The notes under the pieces were generated by a model. It searched no databases. It was not told the DNA's origin and saw only the letters and a program-made list of their open reading frames with translations. From positions 110,626 to 174,625 of IMG/VR virus record IMGVR_UViG_3300032086_003797: DNA of 64,000 bases. The stretch is one strand, 5' to 3'. The stretch's first letter is position 1. The number at the start of each line of letters is the position of its first letter. Positions 9,682 through 18,581 of the stretch are shown here, piece after piece. The stretch is from a virus. Made by a program: the position numbers and the translations under genes.

Positions 9682-10548
9682 GTGTCAAATTTAAACTTAG
9701 GAGAAATTGAAATAAAGCGAACTATTTTCAAACCTCTACATTACTGGCCTATATACCAAGAGTTATTTGAGAAGATAAATAAATCGCATGACAAAAAAGA
9801 AACTCTTAAAATATTTGAAATAGGCATAGCTGATGGCGGATCTATTGAAATGTGGTATAAGATATGTAAACAATTAGGTATAGATGTTAGCATAACAGCT
9901 ATTGATGTCAGGCTATCTGATAAACTTCGTAATAATATACAACAAGTCACAACTAACGATGGGAGTGTGCTTCTTGAGCCCTGCAATTCAAATTCTATTG
10001 AACACATAAATGCCATTTTGGGAGATAATAAATTTGATCTTATTATTGATGACGGAAGTCACCAATCAGACGATATAACCAAGTCGTTTCACAATTTGTT
10101 TATTGACAGGCTAAAGGATGGTGGTATATATATAATAGAAGACCTACATTCTCACTATTGGCAAAAACAAGCAGAGGCGAGTGATTCTGCCTCTAATTTG
10201 ATTCGTGCCTTAATGGATGCACAAAACTTCTGGTCGCTCACTAAAGGTGTTGCAAGATACAAGGTAGCTGAGAGATATTTTGACAAGATAAATAAAATAG
10301 AGACATATGACAGTATCGTGTTGATCCATAAAGGTAAAACCTATAGAGATAGGAGCCAGTATGAAAAGCTTGGTGCCGCTGAAGACAGATATTGTTATTT
10401 AGGCTGTCCAATTGGATCTCCAGATGGTAGTATTATAAGATACGGTAGGGTAAGTAATAATTTAAATTCACAGATAAAACTCAAAACAGCACTAACGGAA
10501 GAATACAGTTTGTTGTTTGACAGAGGGGTAAGCAAAGATGAATATTGA
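9682..10548 (+). CDS. Class I SAM-dependent (sugar O-) methyltransferase
   Basis: EIGIADGGSIEMW, FDLIIDDGSH, LKDGGIYIIEDL. Confidence 0.8.
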   Translation: MSNLNLGEIEIKRTIFKPLHYWPIYQELFEKINKSHDKKETLKIFEIGIADGGSIEMWYKICKQLGIDVSITAIDVRLSDKLRNNIQQVTTNDGSVLLEPCNSNSIEHINAILGDNKFDLIIDDGSHQSDDITKSFHNLFIDRLKDGGIYIIEDLHSHYWQKQAEASDSASNLIRALMDAQNFWSLTKGVARYKVAERYFDKINKIETYDSIVLIHKGKTYRDRSQYEKLGAAEDRYCYLGCPIGSPDGSIIRYGRVSNNLNSQIKLKTALTEEYSLLFDRGVSKDEY

Positions 10549-11320
10549 TCTGATCATCCAAGGACCCGTTCATGGTAATAATGCCTTCTTATCGAAAATG
10601 GATAATTTGTGCAAGCAATTTAACAAAGTTATAATTTCTACATGGGACCATGAAGATTCAGCCGCTTGGGTAGAAAAGTTATCAGGTTATAACAATGTGG
10701 TAATAACCTCGCAGAAGCTACCTGACCGCCCTGGTCTTAAGGGACCGTACAGGGGGATTGCTACAGGGTCCACATTTTATTGGGCTTGCTTATCAACATA
10801 TAACGGACTAAAAGAATCATCAGCAGAATATGTGGTCAAGATGCGCTCAGATGAATATTATGAAGATTTTACAGCTTTCAAGTTAGAACTAAAAAAAGCA
10901 AACCACAAGTTTGTCTGTGGTAATATATTTTATAAAAGATGGTATAGGAGTTCCCCTTATCATATTGGAGATCATGTATATGCTTGTAAAAGAGAGGGTC
11001 TACAGAATGGTCTAAAAATGGTGCTGGACTATTATAACCATGTTGAATGGCACAAAGAAATAGAATATAAAGAAGATATATCACAAGACCTGACCTGTGC
11101 CGAGATTGTCTTAGCGCACACTTTTCTAATCGGATCAGGGATACCTAGAATCGAATGGTTCGCCGTGGGGGCGACGCTCCAGACAGCCCCTGCATTTGAT
11201 AAATATTTCAAAGTTATTGATATTAATAAATTAGGAGAATATGTTGCTCGATGGGAGGGTAGCAATATTACATTTAGACATGATACATCCCCATTTATAC
11301 ATTCTCATTATGACAGGTAA
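10538..11320 (+). CDS. WavE-like protein
   Basis: LIIQGP, IISTW, STYNGLK, VKMRSD, YHIGDH. Confidence 0.6.
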   Translation: MNIDLIIQGPVHGNNAFLSKMDNLCKQFNKVIISTWDHEDSAAWVEKLSGYNNVVITSQKLPDRPGLKGPYRGIATGSTFYWACLSTYNGLKESSAEYVVKMRSDEYYEDFTAFKLELKKANHKFVCGNIFYKRWYRSSPYHIGDHVYACKREGLQNGLKMVLDYYNHVEWHKEIEYKEDISQDLTCAEIVLAHTFLIGSGIPRIEWFAVGATLQTAPAFDKYFKVIDINKLGEYVARWEGSNITFRHDTSPFIHSHYDR

Positions 11321-11323
11321 AGC

Positions 11324-11962
11324 ATGTTTATAGACGACAAAAGAAAAATAATATTTGTACACAACCCAAAAGCAGCAGGGTCTTCAATTCATATACTGCT
11401 TAAGGATTTGTATGAACTTAGAGACACCGATAGGCACGACCCAGAACCACACATACACCACATGAGTTACCAACAAATCCTAAATTTAAAACCTGAATAC
11501 TATGGATACTATTCATTTGCTGCTGTTAGAAATCCTTGGGCTAGATTATTATCAGGCTATATGGATTTTGTACAAAATAGAAAACATGAGTACTCTGGTT
11601 TGATACGATATGATGAGCCATTATTATCTGAGTATAAGGATTTTAAAGATTTTGTTATGAGGATTGGCGAAGGCAAATGGATAAACGATGTTCATTTCCT
11701 CCCTCAGCATGTTTATACTCATGCAGAAGATAAAGTTGTCGATATGATCCTAAGGGTAGAAAATATCAATATGGATATTCAAGCACTTATGAATAAAATA
11801 GGATTTAAGTATTACCAGCACTTATTCGGCGCTCATTGGCAGAGACACAGATCCACTAAGCACGGACATTATACAGAGTATTACGACGAACAAAGTGCAG
11901 CTAAAGTAGTTGAATTATATGCAAAAGACATAGAGCTATTTGGGTATCAATATGGAGAATAA
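11324..11962 (+). CDS. Sulfotransferase (Sulfotransfer_2 family)
   Basis: FVHNPKAAGSS 5'-PSB motif, VRNPWARLLSGY 3'-PB motif, HFLPQ, LYAKDIELFGY. Confidence 0.85.
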   Translation: MFIDDKRKIIFVHNPKAAGSSIHILLKDLYELRDTDRHDPEPHIHHMSYQQILNLKPEYYGYYSFAAVRNPWARLLSGYMDFVQNRKHEYSGLIRYDEPLLSEYKDFKDFVMRIGEGKWINDVHFLPQHVYTHAEDKVVDMILRVENINMDIQALMNKIGFKYYQHLFGAHWQRHRSTKHGHYTEYYDEQSAAKVVELYAKDIELFGYQYGE

Positions 11963-12827
11963 GTGCATAGTATCGCAAATACATATTCCTGATCATGACC
12001 CTCAAGGTAGTTTAGGGTTTCTAGCTAAGCAGGAGATAATTGATACAAACATACAAAGCTTAAGAAGAAACAATCCAGATGCATACATAATTTTAGTTGG
12101 TCATGGACATGAGCCTTATGACTCTACTAAAGATGTTTGTGATAAATTTATTTGGGAAGACTTGCACCCAATCGACGGTGGCGGCACGGTAATAGGGATG
12201 CCAGCCCAATATAAGTCTGTATCGCTAGGAATAGAACACGCAAAAGAAAAAGGCTTTGATTATTGTTTGAAAACTAGAGGTGACTCTATAATAGCAAAAC
12301 AAGATATTATATCATACTGCCACGACATAATAAAATCAGAAGATAAGATGATTCTCCTAACCCAGCAAACTGGCAAGGAACTATACAAATTTGGCGATTG
12401 TTTTATGTATGGAGAAATAGACCTATTGAGTTCTATATGGGATGCAGCCAACCCCCCGTTTCATGCCGATGGCTTAAGGCACACAGGCATATCGTTTGTA
12501 AAGCATTTCTCTGGTAAGGTTCCTCCTATACCATATAACCCACAAGCAATACTTTATGAAGATAAAAACTGGACAGATCTTTTGAAAGAATATTGTTCGT
12601 TTAGGGACATTGGTGAAATAGGGTTCTGTGATCTTAGGTGGAATTATAACCAGATGCAGCAAAATTGGAAAAACAATAAACAACAAATATTAGACCTTGA
12701 ATACGACTTTGAAGAAATATACTGGGGTCGAAGTAATGGATGGCACAACTTCAATAGTATGGGTCAGGTAGTAAGTCATGGTGGTATGTGTCACTGGGCA
12801 TATACTCAAGCGGAGTTTTATAAATAA
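11952..12827 (+). CDS. Hypothetical glycan-cluster protein (distant WavE/GT-like)
   Basis: YCLKTRGD resembles the KxRxD motif of the neighbouring WavE-like genes. Confidence 0.4.
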   Translation: MENKCIVSQIHIPDHDPQGSLGFLAKQEIIDTNIQSLRRNNPDAYIILVGHGHEPYDSTKDVCDKFIWEDLHPIDGGGTVIGMPAQYKSVSLGIEHAKEKGFDYCLKTRGDSIIAKQDIISYCHDIIKSEDKMILLTQQTGKELYKFGDCFMYGEIDLLSSIWDAANPPFHADGLRHTGISFVKHFSGKVPPIPYNPQAILYEDKNWTDLLKEYCSFRDIGEIGFCDLRWNYNQMQQNWKNNKQQILDLEYDFEEIYWGRSNGWHNFNSMGQVVSHGGMCHWAYTQAEFYK

Positions 12828-12828
12828 A

Positions 12829-13266
12829 ATGTTATTGATTTCACATAGAGGTAACTTGTTCGGACCTAATGAGGTTGGAGAAAATAATCCTAAAAAGATA
12901 GCTGAGTTAATTGATCGAGGTATCCATGTGGAGATCGATGTCTGGTCTATCGATAATAAAATGTACCTAGGGCACGATAAGCCGACACATTTTGTTACCA
13001 CTGATTTTTTATTACATCCAAATTTATGGTGTCATGCTAAGAACATTGAAGCACTAGAACATCTCTTAAACGTAGGGGCGCACTGCTTTTGGCACGAAAC
13101 AGATTCTTACACTGTGACAAGTGATAAAATTATTTGGACATTTCCAGGTAAACAACTTACCCCAAGATCTGTTATAGTATGTCACTCGGAAGAAGAAACC
13201 GAGGCAGTTATGAAAACAAACGCATATGGCGTCTGTAGTGATTATGTGGGGTATTACAACAAATGA
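12829..13266 (+). CDS. Small GDPD/PI-PLC-like phosphodiesterase-fold protein
   Basis: ISHRGN, EN, VEIDVW, LGHD, WCHAKN, GVCSDY. Confidence 0.65.
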   Translation: MLLISHRGNLFGPNEVGENNPKKIAELIDRGIHVEIDVWSIDNKMYLGHDKPTHFVTTDFLLHPNLWCHAKNIEALEHLLNVGAHCFWHETDSYTVTSDKIIWTFPGKQLTPRSVIVCHSEEETEAVMKTNAYGVCSDYVGYYNK

Positions 13267-14216
13267 AGATAGTAGCAGTAACAGGGTGCATGGGGCTGAT
13301 AGGCTCCCATGTTACAAGTGAACTACTCCAGCGTGGTTATCTTGTATTGGGAATTGATAAGCTGACTTATGCAGCCAACAGTGAGGCAATGCAGACCTTC
13401 AACGACTTGCCTGGTTTCACTTTTTTGCAAAAAGATATTTGTGAGTTGGAATCTATACCTGATTGCGATTATGTTATCAATCTGGCGGCAGAATCGCACG
13501 TTGGCAATAGTATCATTGACGGTACAGACTTTATTAGTACGAACATTAGCGGTGTGCAAAACTTGCTCAAGATTATTCAAAATAAGCCAAGCAATGTTTG
13601 TGAGAGACCTGTGCTCCTTCACTTTAGCACCGACGAAGTATATGGAGATCTAGAGGAGGGCTCATTTACAGAAGATAGCTCTCTAAATCCCAGCAACCCT
13701 TACTCGGCTACCAAAGCGGCAGCAGATCATTTGATAAAGTCTTGGAGCAGGACATATGGAACAGAGTATGTCATTGTCCGTCCAACAAATAACTATGGGA
13801 TATTTCAATACCCAGAAAAACTTATCCCTCTATCAGTAAAGTTATTGCAAAGAGGTAAAAAAATTAGACTCCACAATAAAGGCGAGCCTACAAGAAACTG
13901 GCTTCACGCTGCTGATACCGCAAATGCGATTATCACTATTATGGAGTCGGGTGTAAAAAATGAAATTTTCAATATATCTGGTGGTTTTGAACAGAAGAAT
14001 ATTGATACAGTAAAGAAAGTGATAGACTGTTACTTTGAGGAAAAAGTAGAAGATTATGACCAATACCTTGACTTCTCACATGAGCGTGAAGGACAAGATG
14101 TTAGATATTCGGTAGATGACAGCAAGTTAAGAAACCTAGGCTGGTCACCAAGGTTTGATTTTGATGAAGAAATAAAACATATTGTAAAATATTACAAGAA
14201 GACATTCGTATGGTAG
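13263..14216 (+). CDS. rmlB: dTDP-glucose 4,6-dehydratase
   Basis: TGCMGLIG, DKLTYA, AAESHV, STDEVYG, YSATKA, NNYG.QYPEKLIP, R.W. Confidence 0.88.
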   Translation: MKIVAVTGCMGLIGSHVTSELLQRGYLVLGIDKLTYAANSEAMQTFNDLPGFTFLQKDICELESIPDCDYVINLAAESHVGNSIIDGTDFISTNISGVQNLLKIIQNKPSNVCERPVLLHFSTDEVYGDLEEGSFTEDSSLNPSNPYSATKAAADHLIKSWSRTYGTEYVIVRPTNNYGIFQYPEKLIPLSVKLLQRGKKIRLHNKGEPTRNWLHAADTANAIITIMESGVKNEIFNISGGFEQKNIDTVKKVIDCYFEEKVEDYDQYLDFSHEREGQDVRYSVDDSKLRNLGWSPRFDFDEEIKHIVKYYKKTFVW

Positions 14217-14416
14217 CAAAGAAAAGACACTTAGCAAAGGCGCTTAGCTGGCGAGCCGTTGGAACAATAGATACCATGCTATTGGGTTGGCTCATATCGG
14301 GTGATCCTATGGTTGGGGTTAAAATTGGCGCAGTCGAATTGGTAACAAAAATATTTTTATATTATGCACACGAAAGAGCATGGTATAAATTCTCTAAGTT
14401 TGGGGTAAGAAAATGA
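14210..14416 (+). CDS. DUF2061-like small membrane protein
   Basis: KALSWR..GT.DT, K..LYY.HER.W. Confidence 0.75.
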   Translation: MVAKKRHLAKALSWRAVGTIDTMLLGWLISGDPMVGVKIGAVELVTKIFLYYAHERAWYKFSKFGVRK

Positions 14417-15360
14417 CAAACAATTTACACTTTCATAATGCAACAGTATCAACCGAAGAGAAGGTACAAAAAAACAAACATAAGCCCGCTGTATTATGGT
14501 TTACAGGTCTTTCAGGTTCAGGTAAATCTACTTTAGCAAATGCAGTAGAAGTATTGCTATTCCGAAAAGGATACCAGACACACACCTTAGATGGTGACAA
14601 CGTTAGGATGGGACTCAATAGTGACCTCGGGTTCTCCCCAGAGGATAGAAAGGAAAACATCCGAAGGATTTCGGAGGTAGCTAATCTGTTGAGACAATCT
14701 GGCACAATAGTGTGCACAGCATTTATTTCACCATACCGCAAGAGTAGAAAATTTGCAAGAGAAATAATTGGAAAAGACTTTATAGAGATATATGTAAAAG
14801 CTCCATTAGAAACGTGTGAGGCTAGAGACCCTAAGGGATTATACAAAAAAGCTCGAAGCGGCGAAATCCCTAATTTTACTGGGATTAGTGCTCCCTATGA
14901 AGAGCCTAGAAGTCCAGAAATCATTGTGAACACAGCAGAGTTTAGCGTAGAAGAATGTGCTAATCACATTGTTGAGCACCTAGAGGAGAGTGGCTATTTT
15001 TCTACTATAAATGAAGTCAACGTACTGGACAAAAAAAGAACTATTGCGATTGATTTCGATGGTGTGATACATAGATACAGTCAGGGCTTCAAGGGTCTAA
15101 TGAATGCCTATGATGATCCAATGGATGGTGCAGAAGCAGCATTTGAGGTACTGAAAGGCGCAGGTAAAAGGCTGGTTATCTTGTCTTCCCGCCCATCTTC
15201 AGTAATAGAAAGCTGGCTAGAAGAAAGAGGCTTAAAGAAATACTTTGATGAAGTATCCAATTTTAAGATTCCAGCTAACACATATATCGATGATCGAGCA
15301 TATAAATTTAGAAATTGGACAGATACAGTTAGAGATCTACTAGAAGGGGAAGATCGATGA
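14413..15360 (+). CDS. cysC: Adenylyl-sulfate (APS) kinase fused to C-terminal HAD-like domain
   Basis: [13 protein letters not shown]-loop, [28 protein letters not shown]; C-term IAIDFDGVI and YIDDRA HAD motifs. Confidence 0.9.
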   Translation: MTNNLHFHNATVSTEEKVQKNKHKPAVLWFTGLSGSGKSTLANAVEVLLFRKGYQTHTLDGDNVRMGLNSDLGFSPEDRKENIRRISEVANLLRQSGTIVCTAFISPYRKSRKFAREIIGKDFIEIYVKAPLETCEARDPKGLYKKARSGEIPNFTGISAPYEEPRSPEIIVNTAEFSVEECANHIVEHLEESGYFSTINEVNVLDKKRTIAIDFDGVIHRYSQGFKGLMNAYDDPMDGAEAAFEVLKGAGKRLVILSSRPSSVIESWLEERGLKKYFDEVSNFKIPANTYIDDRAYKFRNWTDTVRDLLEGEDR

Positions 15361-15758
15361 ATAATAGAAGAGCAATGTTTATTGGCAGGTGGCAACCATT
15401 TCATAACGGGCATAAATGGCTTATGTCACAAAAACTTGATGAGGGTCTGCCTATTTTAATTTGTGTTAGAGATATTCCACCCGACGAGAAAAATCCCTTT
15501 ACCACAGAGCAGACTGTAAAGATGCTGGAAAAAGCATATGAAGATCACGATGTTGTCGTGATGACTATTCCAGATATTGATTCTGTAAACTACGGGCGGG
15601 GTGTTGGGTATGGTATTATTGAACATGTACCACCTAAAGATGTTGGCTTTATATCAGCAACTGACATTAGAAATAAAATCAAAGAAGGCGATGATTCATG
15701 GAAGCAAAATGTTGATGAAAAGATTCACGACCTTGTAGTAAAATACCTTAGCGAGTAA
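15357..15758 (+). CDS. HIGH-superfamily adenylyl/cytidylyltransferase-like protein
   Basis: [20 protein letters not shown]. Confidence 0.75.
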   Translation: MNNRRAMFIGRWQPFHNGHKWLMSQKLDEGLPILICVRDIPPDEKNPFTTEQTVKMLEKAYEDHDVVVMTIPDIDSVNYGRGVGYGIIEHVPPKDVGFISATDIRNKIKEGDDSWKQNVDEKIHDLVVKYLSE

Positions 15759-15760
15759 AA

Positions 15761-16750
15761 ATGTTACTAATAACTTATGGCACCAGACCCGAGTACATAA
15801 AAGTTCTTCCTGTAATAAATGAAATGAAAAAACGGTCTATACCGTATAAAACCTTCTTCACAGGACAACATACTGATTTATTGAAAAAGGCAAGCAAGCC
15901 AGACCATATATTAGAAATAGTTGATAATGGTAACCGACTAGATTCAATTATACAATCAATATTAAACAAAGAAGAAATATTTGTCGATATAACTTGTGTG
16001 ATGGTACAGGGTGACACTACGTCTGCATTTGCAACCGCCCTAGCAGCTTTTCATAGGAAGATACCTGTGGCTCACCTGGAGGCAGGGTTACGGACATTTG
16101 ATAAATATAGTCCATATCCAGAAGAGTTTAATAGGTGTGCTATTTCTGCTCTTGCGGAAATTCATCTATGCCCAACAGATACATCAGCCGATAATCTTAA
16201 AAAAGAAGGACGCAAAAATGTTTATGTAGTTGGTAATACTGTTTTGGATAATTTATCTAACGTGGTTACGATGAAAACAAATAAGGTTGTTGTTACTCTT
16301 CATCGCCGTGAAAAACTAGATGAAATACAAAATTGGTTTAAAGTAGTAAATGATCTGGCTAAAAAACATAAGAACCTAGACTTTATATTACCTATCCACC
16401 CCAATCCAGAAGTCAAAAAACATGCTAATATTTTATCCCATGTAAATGTTATTGATGCACTGGGGCACAAGGAGTTTATAGATCAGCTTTCAGCTTGTGC
16501 TTTTATAATAACCGATAGCGGAGGAGTTCAAGAGGAGGCTGCCTTCCTCAAGAAGCCATGTATTGTTTGCCGTGACTTTACTGAAAGAGTGGAGGGGCTA
16601 AACACATTTTCAGTCCTCTGTAAGGAACCGAAGTCTTTAGAAAACTTGGTAGACACTTGGGCAACTAAGGTAGATTTGTCTAATCAAACTTGCCCTTATG
16701 GCGACGGGCAATCATCGAAATATATTTGTGATATAATAAACAATATTTAA
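15761..16750 (+). CDS. wecB: UDP-N-acetylglucosamine 2-epimerase (non-hydrolysing)
   Basis: GTRPEYIK, TGQH, QGDT, HLEAGLR, PEE.NR, TLHRRE, TDSGGVQEEA, PYGDG. Confidence 0.92.
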   Translation: MLLITYGTRPEYIKVLPVINEMKKRSIPYKTFFTGQHTDLLKKASKPDHILEIVDNGNRLDSIIQSILNKEEIFVDITCVMVQGDTTSAFATALAAFHRKIPVAHLEAGLRTFDKYSPYPEEFNRCAISALAEIHLCPTDTSADNLKKEGRKNVYVVGNTVLDNLSNVVTMKTNKVVVTLHRREKLDEIQNWFKVVNDLAKKHKNLDFILPIHPNPEVKKHANILSHVNVIDALGHKEFIDQLSACAFIITDSGGVQEEAAFLKKPCIVCRDFTERVEGLNTFSVLCKEPKSLENLVDTWATKVDLSNQTCPYGDGQSSKYICDIINNI

Positions 16751-16754
16751 CAAC

Positions 16755-16783
16755 TTGACAAAAGTAGTATATTATTATAAAGT
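16755..16783 (+). promoter_or_regulatory. Sigma70-type promoter (TTGACA-N17-TAAAGT)
   Basis: TTGACA 16755-16760 and TAAAGT 16778-16783 in an intergenic gap; GGAGG RBS before ATG 16818. Confidence 0.6.
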
Positions 16784-16817
16784 AGAAATAAAAACCCTTT
16801 TATGGGAGGAGAATAAA

Positions 16818-17036
16818 ATGAAACTTAGTAATCAAGCAATGGGCGCTATCATGATGGCTTTGCAAAACAGTCTGATGGAACAAACAGATATTGTTCCTGT
16901 CTTGCAATCATTTGAATTTAGCAAAACACCTAATACAAAGCGTTGGGGAACTAAGGCAGGCGAACTTATGGTGGAAAACCCACCAACAGTTAAAGCACCA
17001 GAGACGCAGACTAAACCAGTGTTTGAAACCGAATAA
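16818..17036 (+). CDS. Hypothetical protein
   Basis: Strong RBS (GGGAGGAG) upstream of ATG 16818. Confidence 0.6.
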   Translation: MKLSNQAMGAIMMALQNSLMEQTDIVPVLQSFEFSKTPNTKRWGTKAGELMVENPPTVKAPETQTKPVFETE

Positions 17037-17290
17037 TGCCGAGATATTCTTACGAGTGTCACTCCTGCAAAAGTATATTTGATGCAGTTCATCACCATCA
17101 ACAAATTTTGCAGGAGTGTACATTCTGTGAGAGTGAAGACATAAAAAGAATTATTAGTAAAGTTTATTTGCACAAGAAAACCACTACAGACGATGCAGCG
17201 GGTAATAAAGTCAAAGAAACTATAGCAGAAACTATAGAAGAGATGAAGAAATATAAAAAGCACTCTACAAGAGAAAGAGATCATAAATGA
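17036..17290 (+). CDS. FmdB-family zinc ribbon protein
   Basis: MPRYSYECHSC...CTFC.S..IKRIIS. Confidence 0.8.
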   Translation: MPRYSYECHSCKSIFDAVHHHQQILQECTFCESEDIKRIISKVYLHKKTTTDDAAGNKVKETIAETIEEMKKYKKHSTRERDHK

Positions 17291-17583
17291 CAGGCTGGGT
17301 ACTATTGATACTTCACTTGTTATTCGACATCGCAATTGTATGGTATGTGCGTGAGATGTTATTAAGATTTAGTATGTTATCACAAGGCTTTGATGATATA
17401 AAAACTGTACTAGATGAGTATACAGATCATGTGGAAGAAATCAGTAAGATGGAAGCATACTACGGTGATGAAACTATTTTAAATCTACTTCGACACTCCA
17501 ATGATACGAGAGAATACCTAGAAGAATATAGGACCCTATTTTCTCTAGAAGAAGAAGGGGATCTAGAAAATGCAGAAAGCTAA
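17287..17583 (+). CDS. Hypothetical protein with N-terminal transmembrane segment
   Basis: WVLLILHLLFDIAIVWYV followed by acidic coiled region. Confidence 0.55.
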   Translation: MTGWVLLILHLLFDIAIVWYVREMLLRFSMLSQGFDDIKTVLDEYTDHVEEISKMEAYYGDETILNLLRHSNDTREYLEEYRTLFSLEEEGDLENAES

Positions 17584-18283
17584 ACCAAGAGCTAAAAGAG
17601 CAAAGAGTAAAAGTAAAAAGAATCATTATTTTACAAAAGATACTGAAATGGCAATTGTAGAATATGCCAGGACTGAAGATATTACCTATCGAACCAAATT
17701 ATACATAGAGCATATCCAACCAGCATTCAATGAGTTGGTGGACAAAATAGTATACACATACAAATTTACTTCTTTGCAAAATGTGGATAATCACAAAGAA
17801 GACTGTAAAATATGGCTGACTACAATCTTGGATAAATATAATCCAGATCGTGGTACTAAGGCTTTTTCTTATTTTTCAGTAGTTACAAAGAATTGGTTCA
17901 CACACAAGGCTAAGAAGCAAACCAAAAGAAACAAAAGAGAAATAGAGTTTGGTTCTGTAATAAAAGAAATAGATATCATCAACAGTAATGAAAAGGGCAC
18001 TATTGAGGATAGCCTTGAAGACCAGCAGTTTTGGGCTTTTTTACTGACAGAAGTAAGTAAGTGGGGTGATGAAGATCTCCGAGAAAACGAAAGAAAAGTA
18101 TTGGATGCTATTCAAACCCTAATGAATAACATCGAACAGATCGAGATTTTTAATAAAAAAGCTATTTATTTATACATGCGTGAAATCACTGGGCTGAATA
18201 CAAAGCAGATAGTAAGCAGCCTAAAGAGGTTACGACAAAAATATGCTGACTTTAGAAAAAGATGGCTTGAAGGCGAGGTATAA
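17570..18283 (+). CDS. Phage-encoded sigma-factor-like protein (candidate late sigma)
   Basis: LDKYNPDRGTKAFSYFSVVTKNWF resembles sigma region 2.3-2.4 and T4 gp55-like proteins; C-terminal HTH-like segment (REITGLNTKQIVSSLKRLR). Confidence 0.65.
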   Translation: MQKAKPRAKRAKSKSKKNHYFTKDTEMAIVEYARTEDITYRTKLYIEHIQPAFNELVDKIVYTYKFTSLQNVDNHKEDCKIWLTTILDKYNPDRGTKAFSYFSVVTKNWFTHKAKKQTKRNKREIEFGSVIKEIDIINSNEKGTIEDSLEDQQFWAFLLTEVSKWGDEDLRENERKVLDAIQTLMNNIEQIEIFNKKAIYLYMREITGLNTKQIVSSLKRLRQKYADFRKRWLEGEV

Positions 18284-18287
18284 ATGA

Positions 18288-18581
18288 ATGGGACAGAACT
18301 TAGATGTGTTAATAACCAAGGCTCTTCTTAATATAGAGCAGGACAGAAATACAACTGAAGAGTTGCTGGGGGAGTTAAAAGATTATCTCTCAGGAGCCAA
18401 AGACAGATATGCAGAATCTGGAACCGTTGCTGCCAAGCTGGTGGAAACCTTACAGCGTTCAAATGAACAATTAGTTAAGCTCGCTGCAATAGTGCATAAA
18501 AAAGAGTCTACAAACAAAAGCCAATCACTAACAGAAGAAGATAAGGATGATCTCTTTGACATGATCCAAGGACAGGGATAA
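18288..18581 (+). CDS. Hypothetical coiled-coil protein
   Basis: Coupled ORF with helical composition. Confidence 0.55.
   Translation: MGQNLDVLITKALLNIEQDRNTTEELLGELKDYLSGAKDRYAESGTVAAKLVETLQRSNEQLVKLAAIVHKKESTNKSQSLTEEDKDDLFDMIQGQG

Noticed and set aside
1-16750. Bacterial chromosomal O-antigen/capsule locus with an adjacent prophage
   Set aside because: No flippase, polymerase, transporter, integrase or housekeeping genes; compact genes and packing are continuous with the phage block. Not fully excluded without upstream sequence
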